From contig NC_092675.1 in NCBI RefSeq assembly GCF_964355755.1, positions 20,184,912-20,248,911 on the forward strand: a stretch of DNA of 64,000 bases, given 5' to 3'. The translations under genes and the position numbers were made by a program. The notes below the pieces were generated by a model. It was not told the DNA's origin and ran no database searches. It saw nothing but the letters and a program-made list of their open reading frames with translations. This DNA comes from Antedon mediterranea (taxonomy: Eukaryota; Animalia; Echinodermata). Each line of letters starts with the position of its first letter. Within the stretch, counting starts at the first letter, position 1. Below, in pieces: positions 1 to 13,190 of the stretch.

Positions 1-47
1 TTAATATCGAATCTTATGATAATAGTGTATATCATTTGCTTGGAATT

Positions 48-197
48 ACAGTGGAGCTGTACTTTGGAAGAACACCCCTATATTAGGGGACATCCTGCTT
101 AAGAGGACACTTTCCTGTGAATGGATACTATTCAGGGGACGCTTTATTTGGTTCTGAAGGTGTCCCCCCCCCCCCCCCCCTTAATAAAGATCTACTT
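48..197. mobile_element. decayed pogo/Tc1-like MITE remnant
   Basis: TA-cagtgga start and repeated ggggacac motifs; related decayed sequence at ~34190-34320. Confidence 0.35.
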
Positions 198-319
198 ATA
201 TAATATGCTTCATTTTGCAGTCAAAAAGATGAACTCTGAATTTCTTGGCAGTAACAACAACATTGTTTTTATTATTTATTATTTTAATATTTATGTGTGA
301 TACACATTGTTTGGTTTAG

Positions 320-451
320 GTATAGGTGGACTAGAACAACATATTCTCAAGTCTGCTACAGTGTCAAGTACACCTATGTGTCCTGCTTTCACATCAATGC
401 CATTTGCTGCTGTGCCTATTGTAAGAGTAGCAGTTGAACCAACACACCCTG
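320..451 (+). CDS. EFL1: EFL1 (elongation factor-like GTPase 1) internal exon
   Basis: tttag/GT..G/gtatgt boundaries; translates [44 protein letters not shown], matching EF-2/EFL1 domain II-III. The gene starts upstream of the window. Confidence 0.93.
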
Positions 452-856
452 GTATGTAACTTTGTGTTTCGTTAAATAACTGTATTTTATAAGCATTACT
501 ATTAGTTTATTTTACATATTATTTCAAGTGTAATAATAAATAATGATGCTGCTATTGAGTAGCTTTGCGTCAGAGAGCTAATTGGTCAGATTTTACGTCC
601 TACTCTGGTGTAAATGGTCTATTAAGAACAAAAATGCGCTTGAGGAATGAACGCCATTCTGGTAATCTAGAGATTGATTGGAGTACCGCCCAGGAATTAT
701 ACAATTACGTCAGGTTTGGGCAAAACATCTGACCAATTAATTTATATAATAATATTTTATTCCGTCTTGAAATCATCAACTTTTCATTGACATGCTTCCC
801 ATAGGTGGTACAATTAGTTAGTCAATATTAACATTTTTGTTTTGGTATTATTGCAG

Positions 857-1004
857 CCGAGATGCATCTGCTAGTACGAGGCTTACGTATGTTAAACCAG
901 GCTGACCCGTGTGTTGAAACACTTGTACAAGAAACAGGAGAGCATGTCATCATAGCAGCTGGAGAGGTTCATCTAGAACGCTGCCTTGATGATTTAAAAC
1001 AAAG
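857..1004 (+). CDS. EFL1: EFL1 internal exon
   Basis: ttgcag/..AG/gtaag; [49 protein letters not shown], in phase with the neighbouring exons. Confidence 0.95.
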
Positions 1005-1233
1005 GTAAGAACCTGCTATATAAACATATTTTAGAGCTTTATACTACAATATCCTTTTGTTTTGTTTTTATATATTTATGCAAATTGCCAAGGATAACCA
1101 TAAGGGAATTCATTCACTATATTTCTTAAAGGTGACAATCCTGTTCACAAGACAAACATATACACAAGATGCTCTATATAAACAAAGTCATATAAACAAA
1201 GTCTTTGGGAGTAAAGTTGTAAATTGTCATTAG

Positions 1234-1325
1234 AAAAAAATCCTGACATATGACAGGACTTGAACCCAGGACCCTTGGATTGGTAGCCAAACATCATAAC
1301 CACCACACCACAACTCCACTCCTTG
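1234..1325 (-). mobile_element. tRNA-derived Pol III cassette (SINE-like head)
   Basis: Minus strand: TGGTGTGGTGG (A box), GGTTCAAGTCC (B box), then a T run; no clean cloverleaf. Confidence 0.5.
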
Positions 1326-2362
1326 AGAAGGATAATAGAAGGGATTTATTTATTATAGTTGGAACATTATAAGGAACTTAAAGGGTACATTATAAATGAT
1401 CCTTGTAGAGGGAATTTCTGGGGACATCCCTAGATAACTCTCATCATTAATCATTGTGTTCATGCATGGTCATGATTTAGCTGGGTCTTGAGGTTGTAGT
1501 TGACTCTGTAAATTGTCAGGGTACATACTTGTCATTTGGGACATTGTGTGGCCTTTCAGATATGATCGCAGGCCTATTTTATCAGAATTCTTTTCAAATC
1601 ATACTACATTTGCGCAACAATTTTTTTTTACATTAAAATTATTATCTGATAACGTTTGGTTTTTGTCAACAGCTGACTTGGACGTGCAAATTGAAAATGA
1701 CTAATCTACCTATCTATATAAATGTTAAATTATTATTTACAAGAAAGAAAAAAATTAAGTTATTTTCAAGTTAATAGATTGAATGATGCATTTTGTTGTG
1801 TTTTTTTGCTCAAAATTCATGCACATCATTTCTGAATCTTAATATGTACTTTCTAGAAAATATTAAATTTAATAATGTGAATCTGTTCTCCTGAGAGATG
1901 AGTATGTGATTGATAGGCAAGTGTTCATATGAATCACTAATAATGAAAAGACGTGTGTATTCATGATGTACTATTATACTGTAGTTAACTCTCTTAAGCT
2001 GGACATTCTTGAACCTGATGTACTATCATGCAGGCATTCTTGGGCTTGCCCAAAGTGGCTTCTTGGGAAAGTATGGTTTTCAGGATGCATTATAGATATT
2101 AATTATCAAAAAAGCTCGCTATTATCAATTGGAGGTGACATAGTTTAATTGTCTACATAATTTTACATTTATAAGAGTTCTAAAGCAATTATAGTTAATA
2201 CTTTTTAACTGATGTGTGTAGAAACTCATCCTGAGGTACAAGTATTTACTTAATCCTGTGTCAATAGCAGTTTTTTTTATTGCATCATTTGTCCCTGATT
2301 TAGTAATATGCTGCTTAAAGCCTTCACATTATTTACTTGTTTTGCATGATTTTCACTTACAG

Positions 2363-3357
2363 ATTTGCCAAAATTGAAATTAATGTATCACCACCTATCA
2401 TTCCTTTCCGGGAAACCATTATCAACCCTCCAAAGGTCGACATGGTAAATGAGGTCATCGACGACGTGAACCAGATACAGATCCAGACAGGTGTGTTGAA
2501 TGATCTTCAAGATGAGGCAATGGAAATCCTTAAGGATGGCACTGTCAGATTCACACCACCAAAAGCGTTTTACACCCTAGCTGTAAAAGCACTTCCACTA
2601 CCCCAGAGTATAACAGAATTGCTCGAGGAGAATTCAGAATTAATTAAAATATTAGAACAATTATCAACATCAAAATTAACTGGAAAGTTTGACAAGAATT
2701 TAACTTTGGAAACGTTAGAAAAGCTAAAAGATTTGATGTCAAAATTTGAAGCATGTTTTATAGAAGCAGGTAAAAAGTGGCGAGGATGCATGGAGCAAAT
2801 ATGGTCGTTTGGACCTAGACAGTGTGGACCTAATATATTAATAAACAAAATGAAAGACTATCAAAGACCATCAATTTGGTTCGGGCTAGAAGATACCGAT
2901 TCAACTGATGATTCAAGGAAACTACGAGATTTTGATAACAGCATAATTAATGGCTTTCAGTTAGCCACCCTAGCTGGTCCATTGTGTGAAGAACCTATGA
3001 TGGGTGTTTGTTTTATTGTATCAGAATGGACTGTGGACAGCAGTTTAACATCGTCAAATGACAAAATTATGCCATCAATACACTTACAAGGAGATTTGAA
3101 ATTGGAAAATGACAACACATCCTTAATGAACAGTCTATCGAAGGAAATTCCAACTACAGCAAACAAAACCATAGAGAATCTGTTACCTGTAAATGTTGGC
3201 AGTAGTCCTCCAGGCTCTTGTGTGAACTATGGGAGGCTGTCGGGGCAAATAATCTCAGCTATGAAAGATGCATGTAGAGCAGCATATCAGGTTAAACCAC
3301 AAAGACTTATGGCAGCTATGTATACATGTAATGTGCAAGCTACAGCAGATGTTTTAG
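2363..3357 (+). CDS. EFL1: EFL1 large internal exon
   Basis: ttacag/..G/gttag; FAKIEINVSPPIIPFRETI, IWSFGPRQCGPNIL, GFQLATLAGPLCEEPMMGVCF and QRLMAAMYTC (EF-2-like domain IV). Confidence 0.95.
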
Positions 3358-3672
3358 GTTAGAACTTGTTATTTTACAACTTTATTTCGTTTCAATAAAG
3401 TCAACTCCCTCAAAAAAAAGAACCTCTTTCCAAATCAGAATTGTATTTAGATTTAAAATGTACTGAATGCAGTACTATTGAAATTGCAAAATTGTAAAAC
3501 CATTAAAAACATTTTCGCCCTGGGTTTTTCCAGAGAATCTACTTGAAGAGGACACATGATTTAAAAAAAAATGTTTAGGTAACACTGATTTAAAAAAGTG
3601 TTGCATTTCATAAATCAAAATTTAACTTAAGACTGCGCTGTTAATATGTTTTTTTAAATTCATTTTAAACAG

Positions 3673-3857
3673 GGCGTATGTATGCAGTTTTATCAAAACG
3701 TAACGGTCGTATACTGAACGAGAACATGAGAGAAGGATCAGCCGTGTTTGACATCACTGCAGTTTTGCCCGTAGCAGAAAGCTTTGGTTTTGCAGAAGAG
3801 ATCCGCAAGAAGACAAGTGGGCAGGCCAGTCCTCAGTTATTCTTCAGTAACTGGGAG
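3673..3857 (+). CDS. EFL1: EFL1 penultimate coding exon
   Basis: aacag/..GAG/gtatgt; [14 protein letters not shown]...[31 protein letters not shown] (EF-G/EF-2 domain V). Confidence 0.95.
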
Positions 3858-5199
3858 GTATGTCATTTTATAATAACCTTTATTTGAATCTTTCATTGTA
3901 TTACATTAATACACAATAAAATTGGTAATGCAAAATTGTTCATGTATATTTTGCATGTGGTTTTTTTTTATCATAATGAAACTTTAACATTACCATATTT
4001 ATTCTTTGAATTAACATCTCCCCCCACCCCCTGCCCTTGAATAAGAAAATAAGGAAACAAAATCATGTTTAATACATCCATCATTCAAAACACATGTGAC
4101 GCATCCGACTTTGAGAAGTTATATTGAGCCAAATTTATCTGTTGTTGATAGTTTTCAGGAAATTTGATGATAAACTTGGCAATTGAATCCCTCTGTTTGT
4201 TATCACCGAATAAGATCAAACACTTTTTGTTTATTTCACCCAGCAATTTCTCTAATAAATAACATACTGTAGGATAGTAAGGCTCATGTTGATTGTAAGA
4301 GTCCAATACAGCACTTCTATAATAAGATCAGATACCATCCATCCACAGCGGTTATGGAACACCCACATTCATGAAACTCTATAAAGGACAATGTATGTCC
4401 ATTTCGGCCGCCAGGTATGGTGTGGCAATAAACAGTAATAATAATACGTATAGAAAGAGATTAGGCCAGATATGACTTTTTTGTGGGGTGATTTTAGTCA
4501 TAAAAATATTTTACAAAAATGATCAGACCACAAAAATAAGGTGACCAACTGGCCCTTACCCTGTTTCTCAACTGATACTGTGCTTTAGGTAACATAGCAA
4601 ATTTAATCAGACCACTATTTTTCGAACAGTGCTAATTATCTTTTAAAGTTCAGAAAGAATTTTATTTATTTTTAATGACATTAATTTATTGTTTATATTT
4701 TTCAAAAATAATACATAATTGTAAATTAATAATTAAATTGGGAGGGGGAGTTTGTGTTTTGATTTAGTAAGGTATTAATTACTGAACCCACCCATCCCTC
4801 AGCAGTCCTAATTTACAGGAATGTATTCAACCTGTAGTTCTTCAAAATTGCATATAACATTTAAAGGGACTGCATTTTATACATTCTTGAAGAAAATAAA
4901 AGCATGAAGTTTTTGATTTATAACCATATCAATTGGCTGTGGGATGTAATATATTACTCTCTTGCTGAACCAATCACATGTGATTTATGATTACATACAA
5001 TTTAAAGTCTACAACATGCAACTATAAAAATTGTATTATGGGAAAAATGTGTCATTATATAGTACTGTGGGTCTCAAAACTATTTACATGCTTAAATTGT
5101 TTTGATTCTTTTATGTATTGAACCTTAGCGAAATAAAGGCAAATGTGGTAATAATCAATGTAAAATCAATGCACAATGCACTAGGTAGTGTAACATATG

Positions 5200-5399
5200 C
5201 AGGCCTTGTCTTTTTTTAAATTGTAGGTGTGCTACAAATTGCACTCTTCAATACATTCAGGAGTGCTGTAGTGTGCCATTGTATTTTGGTGCATAAAAGT
5301 TTACCAAATTTAAGTGTGTTGTAAATCACACTCCTCAAGGAAGTTTAGGAGTGTGTTAGGTGAGTGATCGCACTCGTTCACCTCAAAAGAAAAGGCCTG
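5200..5399. mobile_element. 200-bp MITE, CAGGCCTT termini, 6-bp TSD
   Basis: CAGGCCTTGTCTTT...AAAGAAAAGGCCTG flanked on both sides by CATATG; homologous copies at 27768-27969 and 36455-36659. Confidence 0.8.
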
Positions 5400-5685
5400 C
5401 ATATGACTCATATCGGTCTATAGATCATTTTTGTATGATTTTTTGTACCACTAAGAAGGAAGGCAGATGGTATTAGAATTAGAGCCTACATAAAAGTCAA
5501 CCCCTAGTCTCATGTTGAAATAACTCACATTAGGTGGACGTTATTTAAAAATTAAAAAACAAATAATGAATGTTCTGTATTCATTGAATGGAGATTGATT
5601 TTCATGAATTGCTATTCTCTCAGTATAAGACTACACATTAAATGCAATTATAACTTTCAAAATAAATAATTACAATTACTTCCAG

Positions 5686-5874
5686 GTTGTTCGTGGTGAT
5701 CCATTTTGGGTACCATCCACAGAAGAGGAGTTACTGCACTTTGGCGAGAAAGCAGACTCAGATAACCAGGCGCGTTTATACATGAATAGTGTAAGAAAAC
5801 GCAAAGGACTGTATGTTGAAGAAAAAATTGTTGAGCATGCCGAAAAACAGAGAACGTTGACCCGAAATAAATAA
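5686..5874 (+). CDS. EFL1: EFL1 terminal coding exon
   Basis: ttccag acceptor; [62 protein letters not shown], the characteristic EFL1 C-terminus. Confidence 0.95.
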   Translation, partial: VVRGDPFWVPSTEEELLHFGEKADSDNQARLYMNSVRKRKGLYVEEKIVEHAEKQRTLTRNK

Positions 5875-6876
5875 GTTGTACAATGTTTGGTTTGTATTTT
5901 AGATTAAAACTGGTGTTTATCTCAAGCATATTATACCAAGAAATGTAAACTTCCGACTTTTCTTGGATTTTAAAAATATTATGGTGCTATTTTAGCAACA
6001 AAACTTGGCAGAAAAAAACGCAAATTATGCTAGCTTATTCCACAAGTTAGAAATGAAATTGGATCAAAATTGGGTTTTAAGATGAGTCATTGAAATTATT
6101 ATGGGCTAAAAACACACAAATATAATTTTGACCACAAAAAAAACATTCTACAAACAAACATGAAATCTAGAATTCATTACCTAAAAATCATGACCTAAAA
6201 ATTTTAATCATGATATTATCATGATGTCATCATGTAAACTTTAGGAACATAGTATATAGAACTCTTGTACTTTATTCATACTGAAATCAACTAAAACAAA
6301 GATTTCAAATTTCATACTAAAAACACTGCTCCAGAGTTACTCTTTACATTATAACTATATAATAATAATAATAATAATTTATTTGAAAGCTGCACTTTTG
6401 AAACTATTCATAAGTGTACTATATTAAGCACATTAACAATTCATGTAAAAGGATGTTTATATCATCAAAACTATTAAACATTAATCTAAATAATCTAAAA
6501 TAAATATATCTAAAAACAATTGCTATACCATTTAAGCATTTTATAATATATTCAATCTATTGTTTACTCTATCGAAACAAAATTGATAGTGCAGACAGAG
6601 CTTAAGAATTTATAAATATACTTTTCCTTGAAATGATTCTGATTAAAACTACATATGAGGGTATGTTTCAATTCATCCAGAATATAACATGTCTGTGCTA
6701 TATATTGATAGTATCCTATATTCACATTGCCTCGTCCTTTGAATGAGATGTAAAGCTGTTGATCCTGTATAAAGATATAAAAGTGAACTATTAGAAAAGA
6801 GTAAGGGATCGTCATTCCCCCACCCCCGGAGAATATACTGTATTACAAGGTTACCCAATATATAGAAGAAATTTTA

Positions 6877-7151
6877 GGGCGTGTGGTGCAGTGTGTTGGA
6901 TGCTGGGTTACCGATCGTGAGGTCGTGGTTCGAATCCAACTTTCGCCACATTGCTTGTATCCTTAGGCAAGGTACTTTACTTACATTTGCCTCTCTCCAC
7001 CCAGGTGTATTAAATGGGTACCTGGTTAGTTCAAGACACAACTAGCTGCAATTTGGGAGTATGTTTCCATACGTGTTTGACCTGGGTAATAATGCTTGTA
7101 AAGCGCCTTTGAGCATGATTACTCATAAGGGCGCTATATAAATGTGCTATG

Positions 7152-7213
<62 letters not shown>
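6877..7213 (+). mobile_element. tRNA-derived CORE-like SINE with L2-type tail and (TAT)n end
   Basis: A box TGGTGCAGTG; B box GGTTCGAATCC; CCTTAGGCAAG...CCACCCAGGTGTA..AATGGGTACC core; TGTAAAGCGCC..GGCGCTATATAAAT tail followed by (TAT)n; 14-bp direct repeat GAATATACTGTATT at 6831-6844 and 7214-7227. Confidence 0.85.
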
Positions 7214-9903
7214 GAATATACTGTATTTGAATATTAAACCAAAACAAATAAATAGAAATTATTTGCTTTTTATCTAATCTGTCAATTGTTTTTAGATAAA
7301 TTATTTTTATAAAGAATATTTTTTTATTTAGAATTGAAGTATTGTGTTTCCAAAACAAAACAGAAAATCATTAGGGACGTAAGTTTACCATTGATCTAAC
7401 AGAGATTTAAACATTATTACATGCTAAGCCTTATCATCGGTGATTCTGGTCGTCTTTTCCAGTCAATACTCCTCCTTAGTACTACAAAGACTTGAAGAGT
7501 CATTGGCCAGGGCTTTAACAGTAATCAGAGGGCTTCAACACTAGTTATAATTACTCAACAATTTGGAAGAGAAGATTACTAGTCTACAAGCATTCCTTTG
7601 AGACATCAAAGTCTCATTATATCCTATGGCGGCGGTAGATGATGACTGGAAAATGACCTATGACCTAGTTATTAACTTGGCTAACAAAAGGTTAAGAATG
7701 ATGACCAACATGTAATAGCTGTATGTGAGTCTCTAATGTCTGCCCTTTTTTCCATTCATTTATGCCTTATGTTTTTCTTGTTCTTGTCTTCTTCTTAGGG
7801 CGGTAGATGATGACTGAAAAATGACCTATGGCCTAGTTATTAACTTGGCTAACAAAAGATTATGGATGATGAGCTAACATCACAATGTTAGTTTCTATAT
7901 GCGCTAATTTGTATTTTTACACTATTCATATCCATTTGTTTTTCTTATTTCGTTATGGTGATAGCTGTTCTGAAAATGATTACTGAAGTTGTTTTTTTCT
8001 TATTATTTTAAATGTTATTTTCCTTATCTATTCCAACCATTTTCTTATGCTTTTCTTTTCCTATCATTTTGTTGGGTTTTTTCTTCATTTCCTTTTTTAC
8101 CATTTCCCTATTCTATTGTTATCTTTTCCTATACTATATACTTTTCTATCTCATTCATATCTTTTTGCTATGATTTGCCTATGTGACTCTATAAGGTCTT
8201 TACTCTTTATCATTTTGCAATCCTAGGCTATAAACTGAGCATTTTAAATGTACAGTATTCATTTATTGTTTGGAAACAGAGGCCCCTTTGATATCTTCCT
8301 GTTCTACTTATTGAATAGCAGAAATAGACACTTCTTTTAATAATAATAATGAATATTCATAAGAACAAAAAAATAATTATTATTATTGTTCCCAAAGGCA
8401 TCGTCTGGCAAGGTTAATACAGCAGGTTTCTATGAAAAGACCCAATGGAAAACATAGAGCCCACTCATTTCCCCGATAAGTCAGATTTTCCGTTGAAAAG
8501 TCACATTATGTGATTTAGTCGTAAATTAGCTTACTATTAGTATTTCTGTGTTGGCAACTATTACGGTTTGACAGGCACGAAAGATAAGGCACAACTTTGA
8601 TGCTAAACAGCGAATTTCAACATTGTTTAAAGTTTAGTGACCAGTGAACTCGTATACAATAATTATTTACTGCTGTACGTTCATAGAACGGAGTATCATT
8701 GACAAATAATAAAGTTGTGTTCGCAAGCTTTTGTTACACTTGACATTTGAAGGGGAGCTTTATCATACTTGTACCAGACAGACAAATATGTTATATTTTA
8801 AATGTAGCCTTATCATAACAAGGAAGCATATGGCTTACTTAGATCCATAGTAAAGAAACTTAATGGGTATTTGGCCTGAAAACGTAAGACTCGGCCACTC
8901 AGGGGTGGAATGCCTTAAAATAATATTTAGATGCAGATGCCTACATACATCCTGCACAATATTTGAATTTGTCTTGCTTGTTTGAAAGTTATATTTTGTT
9001 TTCAAAAGTATAAGCTTGCTATACTACTTTTGTGTCTTGTGTTTCAATATTTGTGTGTATTTTCTGTTTGTTTTTGTTGTGTTACTGCATACAGTATATG
9101 TATGAAACATAATGTTGGAAAGAGTATTTTTTTTTTCTTTTTGGGACCTTGCCATTTTTAAAACTCAAAGAAATATATTACCATTTTTTTATAAACACTT
9201 CTTTCTTTTCCAGTCTGTATAATTTCATAAAATATTTGTTTTGAAAGAAATAAATGTTAACTTGAACTTGAACTAGACTTCCTGAGATTTTTTAGAAAAT
9301 TAAATTAAGCCATATCTTAATTATCATTGCAAATAATAAATACAGTAACCAAACGACCATGATTAACATTTTTTTATTGAAACAACACAACGCATCTATT
9401 TATTAATTATTAATTTATGTATTAAATAACAATTAACATAATTAAAGCAATTAGAGAAGCTATAAAGATGTACATGTTATATTACTGTATTATTACATAG
9501 TCAATGTTAAAAGTAGTAGTTTATTTGTCATAACATCTTTTAATGATTAAATTCTCCAAAAATGTTACCATTCAGCTGTAATTATTCTTACCAACATCTG
9601 TTATTGATCATAAGCTTGTTTCATAATTAATTCAGCCTATTTCAAGGATTTTGAAAGAAAATTTAATTAAACATGTTGCTGATCAACATAAAGGGTTTAA
9701 CTTACAAATATAGGACATGTAACAGATTCCCACTTTTATCTCTGATGAAATGTTGTTTAATTAAAAGTCTGCCCTGAAATTGTTTTTCTCTTTTCCTGAT
9801 TCTTTTGTCTTTTTGTTGTTTGACAATTTGCTTACTTTTTAATGAATTTTGTTTTTAAATTGTTATTGCGTAACTTCTAAGTACATTACTTAATTGAACA
9901 AGA

Positions 9904-11575
9904 CTAGATGGCACGCTCGCTTCGCTCGCGTACCATCTAGGGGTGCTCACAGATGGTTCTCGAATACAGTAGAATCCACGGACGGGGACTTTTTTGGGAC
10001 ACTAAACAACAACGGAAGTGTCCCTCTAATTGGGGTATTCAGAAATAGAGACAACAAAACCAATACTGGATTCTGGACAATTAATTTATGTGGATTAAAG
10101 AAATTAGGGAGAAATGGAAATGTATGTACGGGAATTGGGCGGCACGTGGTGGTGGTGATGGAACCGCAGTAATAAAGTTGATTGTATTTATATATTATAA
10201 GAACCAAACTAAATAAATAGACCTAGACATTCTGCGAAATGGAAATCGGAAATTCAAGCTCCTATTCAGTGAAAAATTAAACTGTAGTCTACCTAAATAT
10301 TTAGGGCAAATCATCGGTTGTGGTGTTGAAATTCCTGTAAACATTTGTGTGAAACAAACTGGGTCGAATTTCTGTCATGAGTACTGATTTGTTGGCCTGT
10401 GATTTATGACGCCTAAGGGATCTATCTAGACTTATTTTTTAGAATAATGTACGTACCTGTCAGATACAATTGTCTTGTGTCGTATAATAAATAAGTACTG
10501 TACTGTAATAGTTACTGAAGTTACTATTACAATCTCGTCAATGAAAACACGAAAATGTATATGCACTTACTTATGAAAACGTATACAGTATTATACTCAG
10601 TTATTGAAACAGTAGGTTTAAAAAAGTTTCGTTTGTCTGTAAAATGATGTAATCAAGCTGTTTACATGAGTCTTAATTTATAAGCACATCAATAATAAAA
10701 TAGTTTATCTATCCTGTAATTGGCGAGATTATGGTCGCTGTTGAATGAAATAAAGCCAATCGGTATCATATTTGTACAGAAACGTTTTCGCGGCCGTATT
10801 ATCGTCAAGAACTACTGTAACTAAACTTACATAGAAAGTAGGGTATCATAAATTTGGCCTTAGCACTCGGGGGAGTGGCTAAGATGAAGTCCGTGGGACT
10901 ACTAAATATAAATTGTAATGAACCTCGAGGGACATAAATAGGAATATTTCATGTTTCATTATCAATGTATAATAAATGGAAACTGTTTACCGATTCAAAT
11001 AATAGAAATTGGTTTTTAACATTTTCCGAACCTATTGCAAGTTTATTCTCAAAGGGCCCATATATTTACCTACAGTACTTGTGTTAAACCAAACTCTGGC
11101 AGACTGAGAGATTGGGATGTTCCATTCATCGCAAATCAATACATTTGTATAATTGTATATTAAATCTATCAAAATAGTATTTTTTAAAGAAAATCGGCCT
11201 GTCTTCAACATTATGATGGTGTACTCTAGCTGTTCAACCGGTTTTCAGCTATTAAAAACAATTATCGTAGGAGGAGATAGAGAAATGCGAAGCCTCCTCG
11301 CATTTTTTTGGCGGGTATTTTTCAAGATGGACATCCATTAGACAGTGTATACCACGATCGGAAAACACCCCTATTTGGGGCAAATCGTTGAACCTAAATT
11401 CGTTTTAATCGTCAATAACTAATTATCTAACTCAATTTAATTAGTAAACAGGGTTACATCAGGCGGTTAAAATCAGTACCGAAAGTACGAACCAACTTTA
11501 CATACCATCGAGTGAAAATTCTAGAAGTAAGGCGCGATTTACCAAATTTTGCCCTTACGTAAATTTATATATAGA
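9904..11575 (-). mobile_element. non-autonomous Helitron, copy 1
   Basis: Minus strand begins A|TCTATATATAAAT and ends with the hairpin GGTACGCGAGC-GAA-GCGAGCGTGCC plus CTAG|T; no TSD; both ends are shared with 15602-16920. Confidence 0.8.
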
Positions 11576-12134
11576 TTGTATGCGAGTGATGCACAATATG
11601 ATTGAATTTTTTTAAAGTTTAGTACGTTGAAGTTTTGTTTTATATCTGGTTTAAACTTTTGGCAGGTTATGTGGTTAGAAATGAGCTTGTGCAAATTGAG
11701 TTTTTTTATTAGGTCCACAAGGCATACATGTTAAAATATCTTATTTTGATGGGTTCCAGTTTTTTTTTAGTAATTTATTGTAGAAATAGTAGTGCAATGA
11801 TTTAAGTGGTACAAACTAATATTAATTGAAACAGTTAAATTGAAAGTTCCTTGGAACCTAGACTGTTGACCAGACGATTGCTAAACAATTAAATCCTCAT
11901 TGAGAGGAAACATAGAAACTTTGGTCAAAACTTGAGACATACTTACGTATGACTACTACGCCCATATGTTAATAACTGATGCTTAACATAGTGTAATGTC
12001 TAAATTATGTAGGGATTTGGTTCAAGGAAGGAAGTGAGTTTTCCACCTGACCACATCATTTCAAACTTGGTTGTCGACAAACATTTTTTAATGCATTATG
12101 GAAAATATTTATATAGAAAAATGTTGGCTTGTTT

Positions 12135-13190
12135 TGAATGTATATGCACTATATCATCATCTTATAGTGCCATGAGACCACATTATGTCAAAAAATAAAA
12201 TTGTTGAAATTTGGTCAGGGATTGTTTTGCAAAATCACACAAATTTCAACCTTTTTATTAACATAAAATGGTCCTATGGCACTATAAGATCATGATATGG
12301 CAATATACGTGCACATATTAGTCCATGTTAATTGGATTTAAAAAAGGTCGAAATTTTGGTAATTTTTTTCCAAAAATTCCTGTACATGGTTTTTCACGAA
12401 AAAAATTACCAAATTTTTGACATTTTATTTTTTCACATAAAGTTGTACAATGACACTATAAGATGATGATATAGCATTATACGTGCACATATATCAATAT
12501 TAGTGCATATTAAGTGGATTTAAAAAAGGTTCGAAATTGTGGTAATTTTTCAAAAAATCCCTGTACTATAGCACATGGATTTTCACGAAAAAACTACCAA
12601 GTTTTGACCTTTTTATTTTCAGCATAAAGTGGTCCCATGGCATTATAAGATGATGATATGGCATTATACGTACACATACATATAACAATATTAGTGACTA
12701 TTATTAAGTGGATTTAAAAAAGGTCGAAATTTGGGTGATTTTTCAAAAAATCCCTGTACTATACAGGGATTTTCTAGAAAAATTACCAAATTTTGACCTT
12801 TTTATTTTTCGACATAAAGTGGTCCATGACAATATAAGATGATGATATAGCATTATACGTGCACATATAGAAATATTAGTGCATATTAAGTGGATTTAAA
12901 AAAGGTAAAAATATGGGTAATTTTTCCCAAAAATGCCTGTACTATACAGGGATTTTTTTAAAAATGACCAAATTTTGACCTTTTTATTTTTCGACATAAA
13001 GTGGTCCCACGACAATATAAGAAAATGATTTGCCATTATACGTGCACATATAGCAATATTAGTGCATATTAATTGGATTTTATATGTATAACATATAATG
13101 CCATATCATCAGTGTCATGGGACCACTTTATGTCAAAAAATAAAAAGGTTAAAGTTTGGTAATTTTTTAATAAAATCCCTGTACTCGGGG
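12135..13190. repeat. ~180-195-bp tandem repeat array with internally palindromic units
   Basis: Units restart at ~12340, 12521, 12716 and 12898 (aaaaaaggtcgaaattt...ccctgtactatacaggg...ttttgacctttt...ataagatgatgatat); reverse-orientation partial units sit at both ends. Confidence 0.85.

Noticed and set aside
578-740. AATTGGTCAGAT/ATCTGACCAATT inverted pair in an EFL1 intron
   Set aside because: Only 12 bp, with no TSD or second copy in the window; possibly an old MITE but not supportable.
6877-6950. Possible tRNA gene
   Set aside because: It continues into a SINE core and LINE-like tail, so it is a SINE head. The other A/B-box cassettes also lack clean cloverleafs.
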